Source: Nymphaea colorata (Eukaryota). From it: DNA of 64,000 nucleotides. Both the position numbers and the translations under genes were made by a program. This document shows, piece by piece, positions 12,879-25,660 of the stretch. Numbering within the stretch: position 1 is the first letter of the stretch; each line of letters opens with the position of its first letter. A model generated the notes under the pieces. That model worked only from the letters and a program-made list of their open reading frames with translations, did no database searches and had not been told where the DNA came from. The DNA lies in assembly GCF_008831285.2 (NCBI RefSeq), contig NC_045138.2, positions 11,408,001 to 11,472,000 on the forward strand, given 5' to 3'.

Positions 12879-15800
12879 CTATGTCACACGGATACGGCAG
12901 ACTGGGTCGAGTACCGGTGTCGACACGCGGACACGGGGATCCCGACACGGCGATACGGCTGGATACGTTTTGGATCGGGTCTGGGTCAGACCCGATCCAA
13001 AACACTTGTATAACCGATTTTTTAACCCGCGTTTTGTTTTACGCACTGACATTTACCCTCGACGCTCGACCTTCGTTTACCCTCGACGGCTTTCGCAGCA
13101 GGCTGGCAGCACAGCAAGGCAATGGCGGGCGACGGCGACCTCCGGCGATCGACGGCGACTTCCGGTGGCGTCCGGTGGCAGCCAGCGACAGACAGGTAAG
13201 TGTTTTGTCTATTATTTTCGATAATAGAAGTTAGGGTTTCAACTTTTATTTGGGGATTTTTTAGATTGGGTATTAAAATCTGATTTGGTGATGTTTTGGT
13301 TTGAAGATTGGATGGTTTAGAATCCTATTCTTCAATGCTATGTGCGATGTTTTCTTTTTTTTGTTTGATTTTGGGATTTGAGGATTTTGCCGTTTTGGGT
13401 GTATAACCGATTTGGGGATTTTGTCTTCGCTGTTGTTCATGATGTTAGACAATGATGAATACGTGATATCTAGATGGCATTAACATATAATTTACCATTC
13501 TTGAATGTTCCTGTTCATTGTTCACTATTCACTTCAGCCTTCGTTATTGTTCATGTTTCTTTTAGTTTTAGGCTTTAACGAACTGCTTCTGTTCCTGTTC
13601 ACTATTCAGGCTGGCAGTACTATCATTTACCATTATTGAATGTTCCTGTTCACTATTCAGCCTTCGTTCTGCTTCTGAATCTCTGAAGTTTTGTGACTGC
13701 AGTGCATGTTTATACTTTATCAGTTTGTTGTATTGTTTTATTTCATAAATTTTATGTTCATTATACGTTTTTTCCATTTTTTTATTATGTTTAATCTAGT
13801 ATGGCGAGCAAAGGAAAAACAGTGTCTCAGTCTCAACCTACAAGTTCTGGTTCTGGATCAGCTACACCTCAGCCACCATTATGGTCATATGTGAATCTAA
13901 TGGGGAAACCTCCTGGAGGCGGTGGAAATGCTTTTTTTAGGTGTAATTTTTGTGAGGGACAGTTCAATGGATCATATACAAGAGTGAAAGCACATGTATT
14001 AAAAATCAGTCAAAAAGGAATTCAACCATGTAAGAAAATCACTAACGAGACTTTGGCTCAGTTGAAGAAAGAACAAAAAGCCTTTGAGAATAAGAAAAGC
14101 ACATCATCTGGATCTGGTTTCATTGACATTGCTCCAATTTTACATGATGATATTCAGAATCCTACCAAAAAAAGAAAAGTTGTTGATGTTCATCAGAAAT
14201 CAATTAAGGATTCATTTAGTTTACAAGGACGGCGAGAATTAGATCTAAAAGTGGCGACATTTTCCTATGCTAATTGCATACCATTTAATGTAGCTAGAAG
14301 TTCATATTGGAGAGACTTAGTTACATCTATTGCAAATTCTAACTTGACTGGGTATGTTCCCCCTAGTTCTGAAAGGCTTCGCACTGTACTACTAGAACAA
14401 CAGATGACTCGAGTGAACAAATTGTTAGAGTCTCAAAAGTTCACTTGGGATCAACACGGAGTTTCTATTGTTTCTGATGGCTGGACAGATTTGCAACGAC
14501 GCCCTCTTATTAATTTCATTGCAACTTCAGCAAATGGACCAATTTTCTTGAAAGCAATAGATGCATCTGGTGAATACAAAAGTGCTGAGTATTTGAAAGG
14601 ATTGTTTATGAAAATAATTGAAGTGGGGAAAGATAACGTTGTTCAGCTAATTACAGACAATGCACCTGTATGTAGAGCAGCTGGTATTGCGATAGAAAAG
14701 GAGTACCCTCATATCTTTTGGACTTCATGTGCAGTTCATAGCTTAAATTTGGCTCTAAAGAGGATATGCAATCCACCAAGTAAAGAGCAAGATCCTCATG
14801 CTTATGAATTATGTTCGTGGATTGAAGACTTGGAAAAAGATGTGAGGAACGTCAGAAATTTCATAGTAAATCATCAACATGCACTTTCCATTTATAACAA
14901 GCATTCTGATCTATAATTATTAAGAGTTGCAGAGACACGTTTTGCATCTCTAATTGTTATGGTCAAAAGGATAAAAAGAGTGAAAAGTGCATTGATCAGT
15001 ATGGTGACTGATGATGATTGGAGTTTCTACTGCGCTGATGATGATGACAAAGCTCAAGCAATCAAAGGAATGATTCTTGAAGACAAGTGGTGGGATCAAA
15101 TCTTTTATTTTCTTGCATTCACAGAGCCGATCTGGGAGATGTTGAGAGTTCTTGATTGTGATAATTCAACGTTGCACTGTGTGTATGAGATGTGGGACAC
15201 TATGATTGAAAAATCCAAGAGGTTATTTTTAAGCATGAAAAAAAAAGTATTGCACTTGAAGATTCAGCATTTTTTGATCATGTGCATAGAATATTGATTG
15301 CAAGATGGGATAAAAGTAGCAATCCTCTTCAATGCATGGCACATACATTAAATCCTAAATATTATGGAAAAAAGTGGCTTACAGAGGGTGTTGGAAGAAC
15401 CTCACCACATCTGGATCTAGAATTATCAACAAACAGAGTAGCATGTATTAATAGGATTTTCATTGATGTGTTTGAAAGGTTTTCTACTGGAATTGGAGAA
15501 GATGTAGGTGCAACTTTAGACAAAGATAATTATCCATCTTTATCTTGGTGGATTAAACATGGAACTGCTTATCCTACTCTTCAATACCTTGCTTTCAGAT
15601 TGTTAGTTCAACCTGCTACATCTTCATGCTGTGAGAGAAATTGGAGTACATATTCACAAATCCACACTATAAAACGAAATAATCTCACAAGCAAACGTGC
15701 AGAAAATCTGGTTTATGTGCATTCTAACCTTCGGCTTCTATCACGGAACAAAGAAGAATATAGGTAAATTAAGTATATGATTTATTGATTTAGATGTTTC

Positions 15801-16264
15801 TCTTCTTATTCGCTAACATCATAATAATTACAATTTTTTTGTCTTGTAGGGAAGGAGAAACTAAATATTGGGACGTGAATGTTGAGGACTTTAACTTAGA
15901 ACAAGAGAATGAACTTGAAGTTGTTAATTCAAGATTCGAAGAACCTTGTATTCCCTCAACATCTTCTATTGTGGAAGAAGAGGAGATTGGGGAGAACGAT
16001 GATTTGGGCATTGATGATGACTAGAATGATGATGAACAATGTTTTATAACTTTCTTTGAGACTTTCTTGCTTATGTCTTAGCAGTTATCACTTTTGAGAT
16101 TGGTGATGAACAATGTTTTGTTTGAGACTTTCTTTATTATCATTTTTAATTTTTTTGAATATAATATTCGCCGTATCCGCGTATACTAAAATTTTGAAAA
16201 TGCCGTGTCCCCGTACCCGTACCCGTATCCATAGGATACCCGTACCCGTATCCGTGTGACATAG
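12879..16264 (+). mobile_element. Full-length hAT DNA transposon
   Basis: Perfect 19-bp TIRs (CTATGTCACACGGATACGG / CCGTATCCGTGTGACATAG). 8-bp TSD GTTAGAAG (12871-12878) versus GTTAGAAA (16265-16272). CCGTA/GATACG subterminal repeats. Internal transposase. Confidence 0.97.
13801..16024 (+). pseudogene. hAT transposase (BED finger, DDE core, C-terminal dimerisation domain), disrupted
   Basis: BED-type W..CNFC..H..C, plus SDGW, ITDNA, CAVH, ETRF and SCCERNWS motifs. In-frame stop at 14914 and frameshift near 15210. Probable intron 15764-15849 and 5'-UTR intron 13196-13799 (GTAAG...TAG). Confidence 0.93.
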
Positions 16265-17219
16265 GTTAGAAATGTGGACCCTAGAAGAATTAAATCCAGA
16301 TCTTCGTAAATGTTGAATTTGAGATCAAACACAAGATTGGATTTGAGATTGACAAATTTTATATGATTTGGATTTCAAGAATCAAAGCAATTAGATTACT
16401 CGAACTTGATGAGAATTGGGTTCTAGATTTGCACCCTATGTCAACGTTTTTGGATTTAGAGCTGAGATAACTCAAATCAAGATTTCAAACCTTGTCCTAG
16501 AGTTCAGAGTCTAGAAGCCCTAAATGCCTAAACCATGAGATAGGAAGTTAGATTTCATCCAGAATTTAGATCATGAATTTTGAGTCAAAAGATTATATAT
16601 GAATTGGATTTGCATCTTTCAACCAACTCTGAGTTAGGACGAACTTAAACCTCCTTTGGGATGACCCTATGTTTAAACCATGAATCTAGATCAATTAATG
16701 AATATTTGGATCATTTTTAGTCAATGAATTCAGATTTGAACTTTCAATCAAGACCACTATAGGCCCATGTCACAAACTTAGAATCCAGATCTCAATTATG
16801 TACCAAATATTGCCTGCATTCATATTAGATCTAGGAATTAGCCATTGCATGTATATATGATGATACAAATCATGAATTCTATAACTGAGTTCTAGTATTT
16901 TCAATTCATGCTCTCTAATTTCTGATGATCCACTTATTTTTCTAAAGCATTTTCATATCCAAAATTCAGGACACTCCTTTTCATTTAGGTTTGACGACAA
17001 TCATATTGTAAAACCTTGAATACTTATTTTAGTCCTTAATCTAATTACCTCTGGTTAAGGCCGCATAAATGGTTAGATATTGTACTGATAAGTCCTGTCA
17101 TATCTCTCATCGATTCTCACAATGATAATACCAACACAAGTTAAAATTTGATTTCTTTCATATGCAAGATTACAAAACTTTGCATGGCAACACATGGTGA
17201 AAATTTTTGAAAGCTCTAT

Positions 17220-17490
17220 ATGCTACAACATGAGTTTTGTGCATCGAAATATAAGTTTCTTGTGCTGAAGCACGAGTTATGTGTGTACAAAGTACAAGTT
17301 CATGTGCATCAAAGTGAGAATTTTGTGTGCATAAAGCATGAGATCCAAGCACCAAAGTGCAATTTTTGCATGCCAAAGCACAAGTTCCATGCATTGACAC
17401 ACATGAAGCACAAGTTTTATACAATGAAGTACAAGATCCATGTGCTAAAGCACAAATCCTGTGTTTGTAAAGCACAAGTCTCATTGTGCC
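17220..17490 (+). repeat. Degenerate ~21-bp minisatellite (AAGCACAAGTT core)
   Basis: Recurrent gcacaag/gcacgag/gcatgag cores at roughly 21-bp spacing. Confidence 0.7.
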
Positions 17491-17766
17491 GAAGTGGACT
17501 TTCAAAAGAGTTTTATCCACCAAAGCAGGCTTTCAAAAGAGTTCCATCTATCAAATGAGGGTTTCCAAAGAGTTCCATATGCCAAAGTAGACTTTGGAGA
17601 GACTTGCATTTGTTGGAGCAGACATCCTTAAGAGTTCTATTCATTGAAGCAGACTTTCAAAAGAGTTATGTCTATTGAAGTAGGATTTAAAAGGAGTTCC
17701 ACCAATAGATGTAGGCTTTCAAATGGGTTCCATCTACTGAAGTAGGATTTGAAAAGAGTTCCATCT
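17491..17766 (+). repeat. ~31-bp minisatellite, ~9 copies
   Basis: Unit approximates AAAGCAGGCTTTCAAAAGAGTTCCATCTATC, repeated head to tail. Confidence 0.85.
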
Positions 17767-19329
17767 CAATTCCTTCTAAACCATCAATTAATGACATGTG
17801 TCCTAATGGAGAGTGGAAAACCAAATAGAATGTGACACATGTCCTTTGAAAGTGAGGGACCCAATAGGATTGTGGTGTAATGCCTTTTGGGAGTGGGAGA
17901 TTCCATAGGATTGTAACATGTGTCAACATTCAGCCAGTTTGGATCTAAACCTTTGATTCATATGCATGTTCAAAGTGCTATCTGGATTGATATCTGAACG
18001 TGTATTTAGATCTATTACTTGGATAAAAAATCTAGATCATGATTTGGATTGAGAAATTTAGGTCTGGAGAATTGAAGTTAAGATTTGAATATGAATCAAA
18101 GCAAATTATTAGTTTGAGCTCTAACTTTGCAATTTGAATCAAGGTTTTGAGGCCTGGGTGCCTAATCTGGGCTTAGTGTGGGTTTTGTGAGCTCATACTT
18201 AGCGTTTTAGGGGTGGATCTGAGCTGGATCTAGGTGTAGACTCAGTTGGACGCTGATTAGACTGGACTCAAGTCAAATAGGGTTCAGTTCTTGGTCAAAT
18301 CAAGTGTCAGTTTTGCTGAGCTCAAGTCTAGTGTAAGAACAACCTAAACTTGGCTCATATAATTCCAGATTTAACTTAATAAAAAGATAACACACATATG
18401 TGTGAATGATAATTTTGTCCTTGGGTACAAAATTGGGATGTGACCTAGGCTTAGTCCTAGAGGCATTCCAAGTTTGGTAAAGAAAGTTCCTCATTTTGTC
18501 TTTGCAAAAACGCATTTTTCAAAATTGACCAAACTGAAATTGAAATTGTCAATGAAAGTGCAAAAAGTAAAATGAAAAATAGGGATTTCGACCTTGTTTG
18601 TGAGAAATGAACAAATGGACACTGTCCTCAAGTGACATTGAATCCATTTGTCTAACATCTTAGATCTCTCAAAATTAGTTCAGAAGTCACCAACGATGAT
18701 GTTTGGACACAAACACCCTAAGAGTAGCTGGAAAATTTTAATTGTGTTCAATTTGTGACATAATTTTTTGAACTAAAGTTTACAATTATTAGTTCTAGCA
18801 CTAAAGAATACAATTCCAGCTCAATTCAAGCTGACTTTCTCAAATCAGGAAAAAATGATGATCCAACATGCAAAAATGAGAAAATAGGTCATCATTTCCT
18901 AGAAATGATTGTGTTAACACTGGAATTCGAGTTCCAAAGTTGCAGATAGAGTTGAAAAAGCTCTGCTACACTGGAGAAAACATAACATGTGTTTGATCAG
19001 GTCTACAGTTGTACAGATAAAAAAAAAGGTCAAAAACTAGGAAATGGACCATTTTCGACCAATGTAAGCTAATAAACTTGTTATGAAGATCATTCTTGTA
19101 ACTGCTCTTGAAAAATTGAAGGAAAATAGGACAAAATAGAGTAGTAGATGCAACATGGTCATTTATCTAGGTGGTGATAACCTGATGATCTGAGTTGAGT
19201 CCTGGTGTCTGATAGCTAGAGCATATGACTTTGATCAGGTGCAGTTCATGGCCTCCTAAATTTAAAATTCTTTTAAAAAATCAGTTGAAAATCTCATTTA
19301 TGAGGGGTAAAATGGTTATTTTAATCTGT

Positions 19330-20436
19330 AAAACTTTAGGGTGTATGCAAAAGTTAAAATATATTGTCGATGGTTCCAAGAAAGGAAGTCTTGATTCCAA
19401 TAGGAACTTCAACATTAAGCAACCTAGACTAAGAACAATAGTGAGTAGAAAGGCTAGAGATAAATTATGTTCAACTTTTGCAACATTCTTTTACCATTTA
19501 GCTATTCCTTTTAATGCAGCCAATTCACCATATTTTCTCAAGATGATTGAAGTTTGTTCATCAGTAGGAATGGCCTTGAAGCACCTTCGTCATGTGAATT
19601 TTATGGAACATTATTCAAAAAATAAATGAAAGAAAACCGGTGAATTTTAAAAAGTACAAAGAGTCATGGGCTGAAACTACTTGCTCTCTTGTGGCCGATG
19701 GTTGGAAAGATGCTAACCAGAGGACATTAATCAATTTTTTGGTTCATTGTTCAAAGGGGATATAATTTTTGAAGTCAATTGATGCAACAATTATTATGAA
19801 AAGTCAAGATAATATCTTTAAATTGTTCAATGAGGTGGTGGACATAATAGGAGCTAAAAATGTTGCTCAGGTATATTACTATATTATGCAAATCTTTTAT
19901 TTGTCATTTAATCAGTTTACATATGTTTATAAGTAATTAAGTATATTGACATTATATTGAATCATTAATGCTTGTTAGTATTTAGTAATGAAGTATACTG
20001 ATAGGTAGTCTTCTCAATTCGCATCACGTAAATAATTACAAACAATCCGGTGAACTATCGAGCAACTGGGAAAATGTTAGAAGAGGAGAGGAAAACCATG
20101 TTTTGGACCCCATGTATAATTTGTTGCATATATTTTATGCTTGAAGATATAAGCAAAATCAGCATGTGTGGAAAAGAAAAATAATATTACAAAGTTCATT
20201 TATAATTGCACTTTTGTTATTAACTTGACATTAATAAGGAGATCATGTGACCTGTTACTATAATATTTGCTATAGTAATTTTGGAGGGTATTACACTTAA
20301 CTGTCAAAACAGTAGAGTGTCTAGTTGATGTATGGTGGATGAGGAAGAATATCGAACAACGGGATATTTTATAAGGCTTTTTACAGTGTTAAAGAAGCTA
20401 TGAGAGAAATCCATGATAATATAATATAATATAATG

Positions 20437-20492
<56 letters not shown>

Positions 20493-21600
20493 CTCTTTTA
20501 TCTTCATCCATAATTTCATATTTTCATGGTGTAATTATCTATTTTTAATTTTCTTCTTAAAACTTAATATATATTTGAACAATTCTTGCAATTACAATTT
20601 GCAATTCACAAAGTATATTGAAATAAAGCATGGTTTAATCCAATATTGCATTGAAAGATTGGATCAAGACATCTCATCTAGAGTAAAGACATGCAAGCAG
20701 GCAATGGATATCAATTTTTTTAATTTTAGACCTTCAGTTATTCAGTGTTTTAGTGTAAAATTAATTTCAATATCACAGCTATATATTTTTCCATGTAATT
20801 GTTTACAATTATTTTTATCTTGAACTATTTGAAGATGCAAGTGGAGATTTTAGTACTCCATTAGCTACCCTCACCAGAAAAAAGCACAAGCCAGGTAATA
20901 AGCTACACTCGGTTAAAGTTAACGTTTAAACTAACTAACTAGGGACAACTGACAATCGTAGTTGTGTTATTTATATAATTTGATCATGTCACACAGCAAC
21001 TGTTGAAGATGCACCAAATTTGTGCTCCTCATCTTCAAAGAATTGCTATTCATACACTTAGCCAAACATATCCATAATCTAGGTGTGAATGGAATTGGAG
21101 TACTTTTGATCGCACTAAGAGAAGGAACAAATAGTTCAAAAGAAGGTCAATCTCTTAATATTTGCACGTTACAATTTATGCTTGAGAGAGGTGCAATTGA
21201 AGAAATTTGGCCTTGATCCCATTTCTTTAGATAAAATAAACTTGCAATTATATATTAGCAAGGAGTTTTGGATGGAGATGAGGTAATATTTGTTTGATTA
21301 CTGTATCATACAATAATACATATCTTTCATTTTCCAAATCTTGACTTTTTTTTTGTTAAGTAAATCAAGTAATTGAGTGTCTTCTAATCTTCTTTTTTTT
21401 ATTGAAGGACTTCTTAAAGGAATTATAGAAATGGAAGCTAAAAATATTGAGGAAGTAGAAAGTCAGATCACTGATGGTGAAGGAGATGAAGGAATTATCT
21501 TTGGTTGCTAACTCGTGACAAGATTTTGACTAAAAATATAGAAGTCGTTGACATGGATGCTGGGAGTCCTCTCAAGTTGTCTTGGAGATCATACCTTCTA
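19330..21600 (+). pseudogene. Old intron-containing hAT transposase remnant
   Basis: FFYHLAIPFNAANSPYF, CSLVADGWKD..RTLINFLV, FLKSIDA, IGAKNVAQ followed by a GT donor (~19871), FWTPC, and SRCEWNWSTF (~21080). No TIRs recognised. Confidence 0.85.
20439..20488. repeat. (TA)n microsatellite
   Basis: About 25 dinucleotide units, read directly. Confidence 0.95.
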
Positions 21601-23152
21601 GTTTTTATTTGTTTCTTAAATATTTCAGACATTAATATGGCTTGGGTTTTGGTTGCAAGTATGACTTGATAGAGATACAATTGAAGAATTTTGTTTTGAT
21701 CTCATTTCCTTAGATAATAAATACTTGCAAACACCAACCAAAATTTATTTAAAGGTATGCCCTTAAGAAATCGACCCTATAACCCACAGAAGCGTAGTCC
21801 TTGTGCTCTGGGACACCAATATTTGACTTGCATTGTATCTACCTTCTTTAATGTGGGGAAGGACTTAGAACAATTACATGTGAAACAAGTGGAATATCTA
21901 TTTTTATCTATAGAACAAATACAAATACATCTGAGAAAGATAAGCATGTCACCAAAGGAAGGACGCAGAGACAATTAGTTAATCTGAGCACCAACAAGGA
22001 CTTGTGCTCTCCAAAATTCAATTTTTCATCACCGTATGTAGAGTGAAACACACATGGGTTATCTCTTCATCTCTATTAAATATCATATTCTTCACTTCTG
22101 CATTTCATCAAACAGATTATCAGCACAGTATTAATTTGACACCTTCTTTCTATGTGAATTTTAGGTTGCTTGTATTTGTATAAAGAGAAGAAAAAGAAGT
22201 AATTTTTGGTGCTCATACTTCTTACATGTTTTATTAGGTATTCATTTCATTGTATGTAGATTTTTAGGTCATTCAAAGAAAAAATGTTTTTTACTCATTT
22301 TATTAGGTATTTTCTTTCGTTATATGTTGTTTTTGGGTCTTTTGTAGGAATAGAGAGAAAAAGAGAAAGCAAGAGAATATTTTTTAATCTATTTTATCAA
22401 ATATGTTTTATCATCATATGTGAATTTTAGGTCGTTCACATGTATAGAGAGAGAAAAAAAGTATTTTTATTAGTTTCATATATTTTTATATATTTTATCA
22501 TGAATTTCATTTCATTATATGTAGATTTTAGGTAGTTTGTATGTGCAAAAAGAGAGAGAGAGGGAGAGATTTAAAACATGTCTAACTAATGATTTAAGCA
22601 AATGTTGGACAAATTGAATATGTTAAAAGAAAACAAACGGCATACATAATTATACCTTGTTCACTTGGATAATAACTTTTTGTATTCATGAACACAGCAA
22701 CCAAACAGTATCTTAGGGCCTGAAGTTTATGGGGTAGTAGCCAACCAAACAGTATCTTCAGTCTGCTAATGTCTCGGCAGGCTCCCACAGTCGGCAAGAA
22801 CGATTTTTCTTGTGGTAGGGAAATGTGCTATTGGACCCTCTCTTTTTCTCCGTGTTTTAAATGTGTATGGAAAGCAAAAAAGAGAAATTAAGAAAATATA
22901 TAAATGAAAGAAAATAGAGAGGAACCCAATTACGTTTTTGAATGAAGAACGTGGAATCATGCATGAACTTGGATCCACTAAATACTGTGGGACTCAGTTG
23001 TTTTTGTAGGGGAATACTCGAACTCTTCCTATTCTCTTCCACATGAAAAATCTTCTAAATTTTTCTTTTTCATTTGACTTCACCTGTTGAGTACTTGAAT
23101 ATATATTAGGTGAATATATATTACCCATTTTCTTTTCTTTTCTTCTACTTAA

Positions 23153-24394
23153 GGGCCCGTTTGATGGGCTGAAAATTTCCTCTAGCACAGGAAATATATT
23201 TCAAATTTTCAAAAATTTTTCCTCCTTAACAAACGTGGAAATTTTCTTTTTGAACATTGAAGCTGGAAATATATTTTGAAAAAAAATTTCCAGCCAAAGA
23301 GGTGGAAAAATTTGTTCAAAATTTTTTTTTTACTGTTACTCCTCTTCCTCCATGCCTCTTCCTCCCTCCGCCTTCTTCCTCCCTCGCTCTCCGCCTCCGT
23401 TCTTCCTCTTCCCTTCGTCCTTCTTCCTCCTCCCTGGTATTTTCCTCTTCCCTCCTTCCCTTCTTCCTCCGCCTCCCTCATTTCCTTCTTCCTCCTCCCT
23501 CCTTCCCTTCTTCCTCCTCCTTTGCATCTGAGGAAGAAAGAGGAAAAAAGAAGGGGAAAGAGGATAACCTAATCTTTTCTCCATTCCGCCTCTTCTTCTT
23601 CTTTTCCTTGTTCTTCATTTTTTGTTTCTGTCATCCATTGCTACGTCCAACAAACGTGCCCTTGAAGAAGAAGAAGGAGAAGAAGAAACTGGAAATAAAT
23701 AGGAAAAACCAAGTAACTTACCTTTGATTTTCCAATGGACGGACTCACCGGTGGCTGGAAACAGCCGGACGCCACCAAATCCTGCCACAGGCCGGTGAAG
23801 GTGGTCAAACGGCACAGAGAGAAAAAGTTGGGGAAGAATGAGCATACCGTGAGGTCCGTGACACATTAGGGCTTACATAATTTTCAAAATTGACTCACTA
23901 ACTTGTTAAAATTTTCACAAACAGGTTTAAAACTTTTGATCGTTTATTTTAGCGACATATTCTAAGATTTTATTTATTTTCTGCATTTTGCTTTGCAATT
24001 TCGATAATGCTATGTGTACAATTCTCGAAATGAAATGCGGTTTAACCCTTGAAAAAAAAATCGCTACCAACCTATTCTCAAGTTTACTAAATTTAATGAA
24101 AAAACGCTTTCAGCAGCTTTAGGCTTTTGCACTTAGAAATTTTGTTTATGTTAAAGTTGAAGGAATTTGAATGCGGCTTTTTTTTTATATATGTTTTATG
24201 GATATATAGTTTACCTTCGTACATCTCACTATAAAATATATTTCTTTATTGTCAAATACATAAATATATTTTTAAAAATATATTTTTCAAAGAATCGAAA
24301 AGATTTTTTTCATTCCTTTATTCCAAGAAATATATTTTCAGAAATATATGTCCAACTACAAATTTCTAAAATTTTCAAACCCTCAAAGGGGCCC
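23153..24394. mobile_element. Non-autonomous PIF/Harbinger (Tourist-like) element, 1.24 kb
   Basis: TIRs GGGCCCGTTTGATGGGCTGAAAATTT / AAATTTTCAAACCCTCAAAGGGGCCC. TAA TSD at 23150-23152 and 24395-24397. No transposase; CT-rich interior. Confidence 0.88.
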
Positions 24395-24659
24395 TAAATG
24401 ATAAGTATGAGCACCGGGCCGGGCCGCCGCTGGGTACCCGGTACCCGGCCCGACTCGGGCCCGAGCCCGGGCCTTGCAAATTTGATTTTGGGTCGTTAAT
24501 TACCGGGCTCACCCCGGCCCGGTAATTAATGGGTCGGGCTCGGGCCAGCCGCTTTGAACGTCGGCGGCCCGAGAAGCCCGATATTATTTTTTTTTAAAAA
24601 AAATGAACTTAGGGTTTAATGACGTTGATAATGAATTAATGATACTTCCTGTTTCTCCC

Positions 24660-24858
24660 CGTCGAGACTGCCTCTCTTCGTCGACTCGCCCATTGGCTGT
24701 GCCTCTTCGTCGCCCATCGGCAGTGCCTCTTCGTCGCCCATCGGCAGTGCCTCTTCGTTGCCTGCCTCTTCGTTGACTCGCCCATCGGCTGCCTCTTCGT
24801 CGCCCATCGGCAGTGCCTCTTCGTCGCCGTCGCCGTCGCCCATCGGCTGCCTCTTCTG
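24660..24858 (+). repeat. ~24-bp GC-rich tandem repeat (GCCTCTTCGTCGCCCATCGGCAGT)
   Basis: Several near-identical units, ending where the transposase fragment begins. Confidence 0.9.
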
Positions 24859-25660
24859 ATGATGAATGGTCTTATGCAACTACTTTGTGCCAATTTTTGA
24901 AGTTATTCTATAATGTTACAAATATCTTCTCTGCTACTAAAAATGTAACAGCTAATGTGGTTTTTGAAGAAACACAGAAGGTACACAACCATTTGCATAC
25001 ACATAGTGTGGCAGACAATGATTATATAAGATCATTAGTCGTCAAAATGCAAGAAGAATTTGATAAATATTGGAAAAATGACTACAATGTCCTCTTTGCA
25101 ATTGCATTTGTCTTAGATCCCAGGTCCAAATTGGGATATTTGAAGTATGTGCTTGAGAATTTAAATGAACGTGAAACAATGGTACAATATGAAAAGGTAG
25201 AGAAAAGTCTTCATGAATTGTATGCTGAGTACAAAAATGCGTATGCAACAAATGATGAAGAAAATGAGAATGCAAACAACGCCAATGTGGAATTTGAAGA
25301 AGAGAGACCTTCAGCTTTTTCAAGAGATGTCTTCTTCACATATTACATGAGTTCTGTATCTCAAGTACCTTGCACAAATCTGGAAGCATATTTAACTGAT
25401 CCAATAGAATGACCTCTGCCTAATGAAAACTTCGATATATTAAATTGGTGGAAGGCAAATGAAAGTAAATATAGAGTTTTATCTAAAATGGCTCGAGATA
25501 TATTGGCAATCCCTATATCCAAGGCTGCATCTGAGTCTTTATTCAGTACAGTTGGAATAATTGTTAATGATTATCGATGTTCAACCACTTCTGAAACTGT
25601 TGAAGCACTAGTTTGTACACAGAGTTGGATTCGTGATGAAGATAACTCATGCGAAATGTA
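24856..25660 (+). pseudogene. C-terminal part of an Ac/RICESLEEPER-like hAT transposase
   Basis: DDEW..LCQFLKLFY..T..FS, MQEEFDKYW, AFVLDPRSK, stop at 25410, then FDILNWWK..YRVLSKMARDILAIP..ASESLFS..VEALVCTQSW (dimerisation domain). BED finger and N-terminal catalytic part are absent. Confidence 0.9.

Larger units (their letters stand above)
9368..19007 (+). mobile_element. 3' LTR of the Tat/Ogre element, interrupted by a hAT; right end uncertain
   Basis: TGTAGACCCC directly follows the PPT. A complementary GGTCTACA ends at 19007, which would give ~6.2 kb without the hAT. No TSD or second LTR is available in the window to confirm the end. Confidence 0.5.

Noticed and set aside
12796..13234. 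ORFs at the left end of the hAT
   Set aside because: They arise from GC-rich subterminal repeats, and some cross the TIR/TSD boundary.
17491..17766. 31-bp repeats with CRISPR-like length
   Set aside because: Head-to-tail degenerate units with no unique spacers, no cas genes, and a plant nuclear context.
22150..22560. Loosely repeated ATGT.ATTTTAGGT blocks
   Set aside because: Spacing is too irregular to define a unit or origin by eye.
23209..23866. Ser/Pro/Glu-rich ORFs inside the Harbinger element
   Set aside because: Translations of CT/GA low-complexity sequence with no transposase or Myb-like motif.
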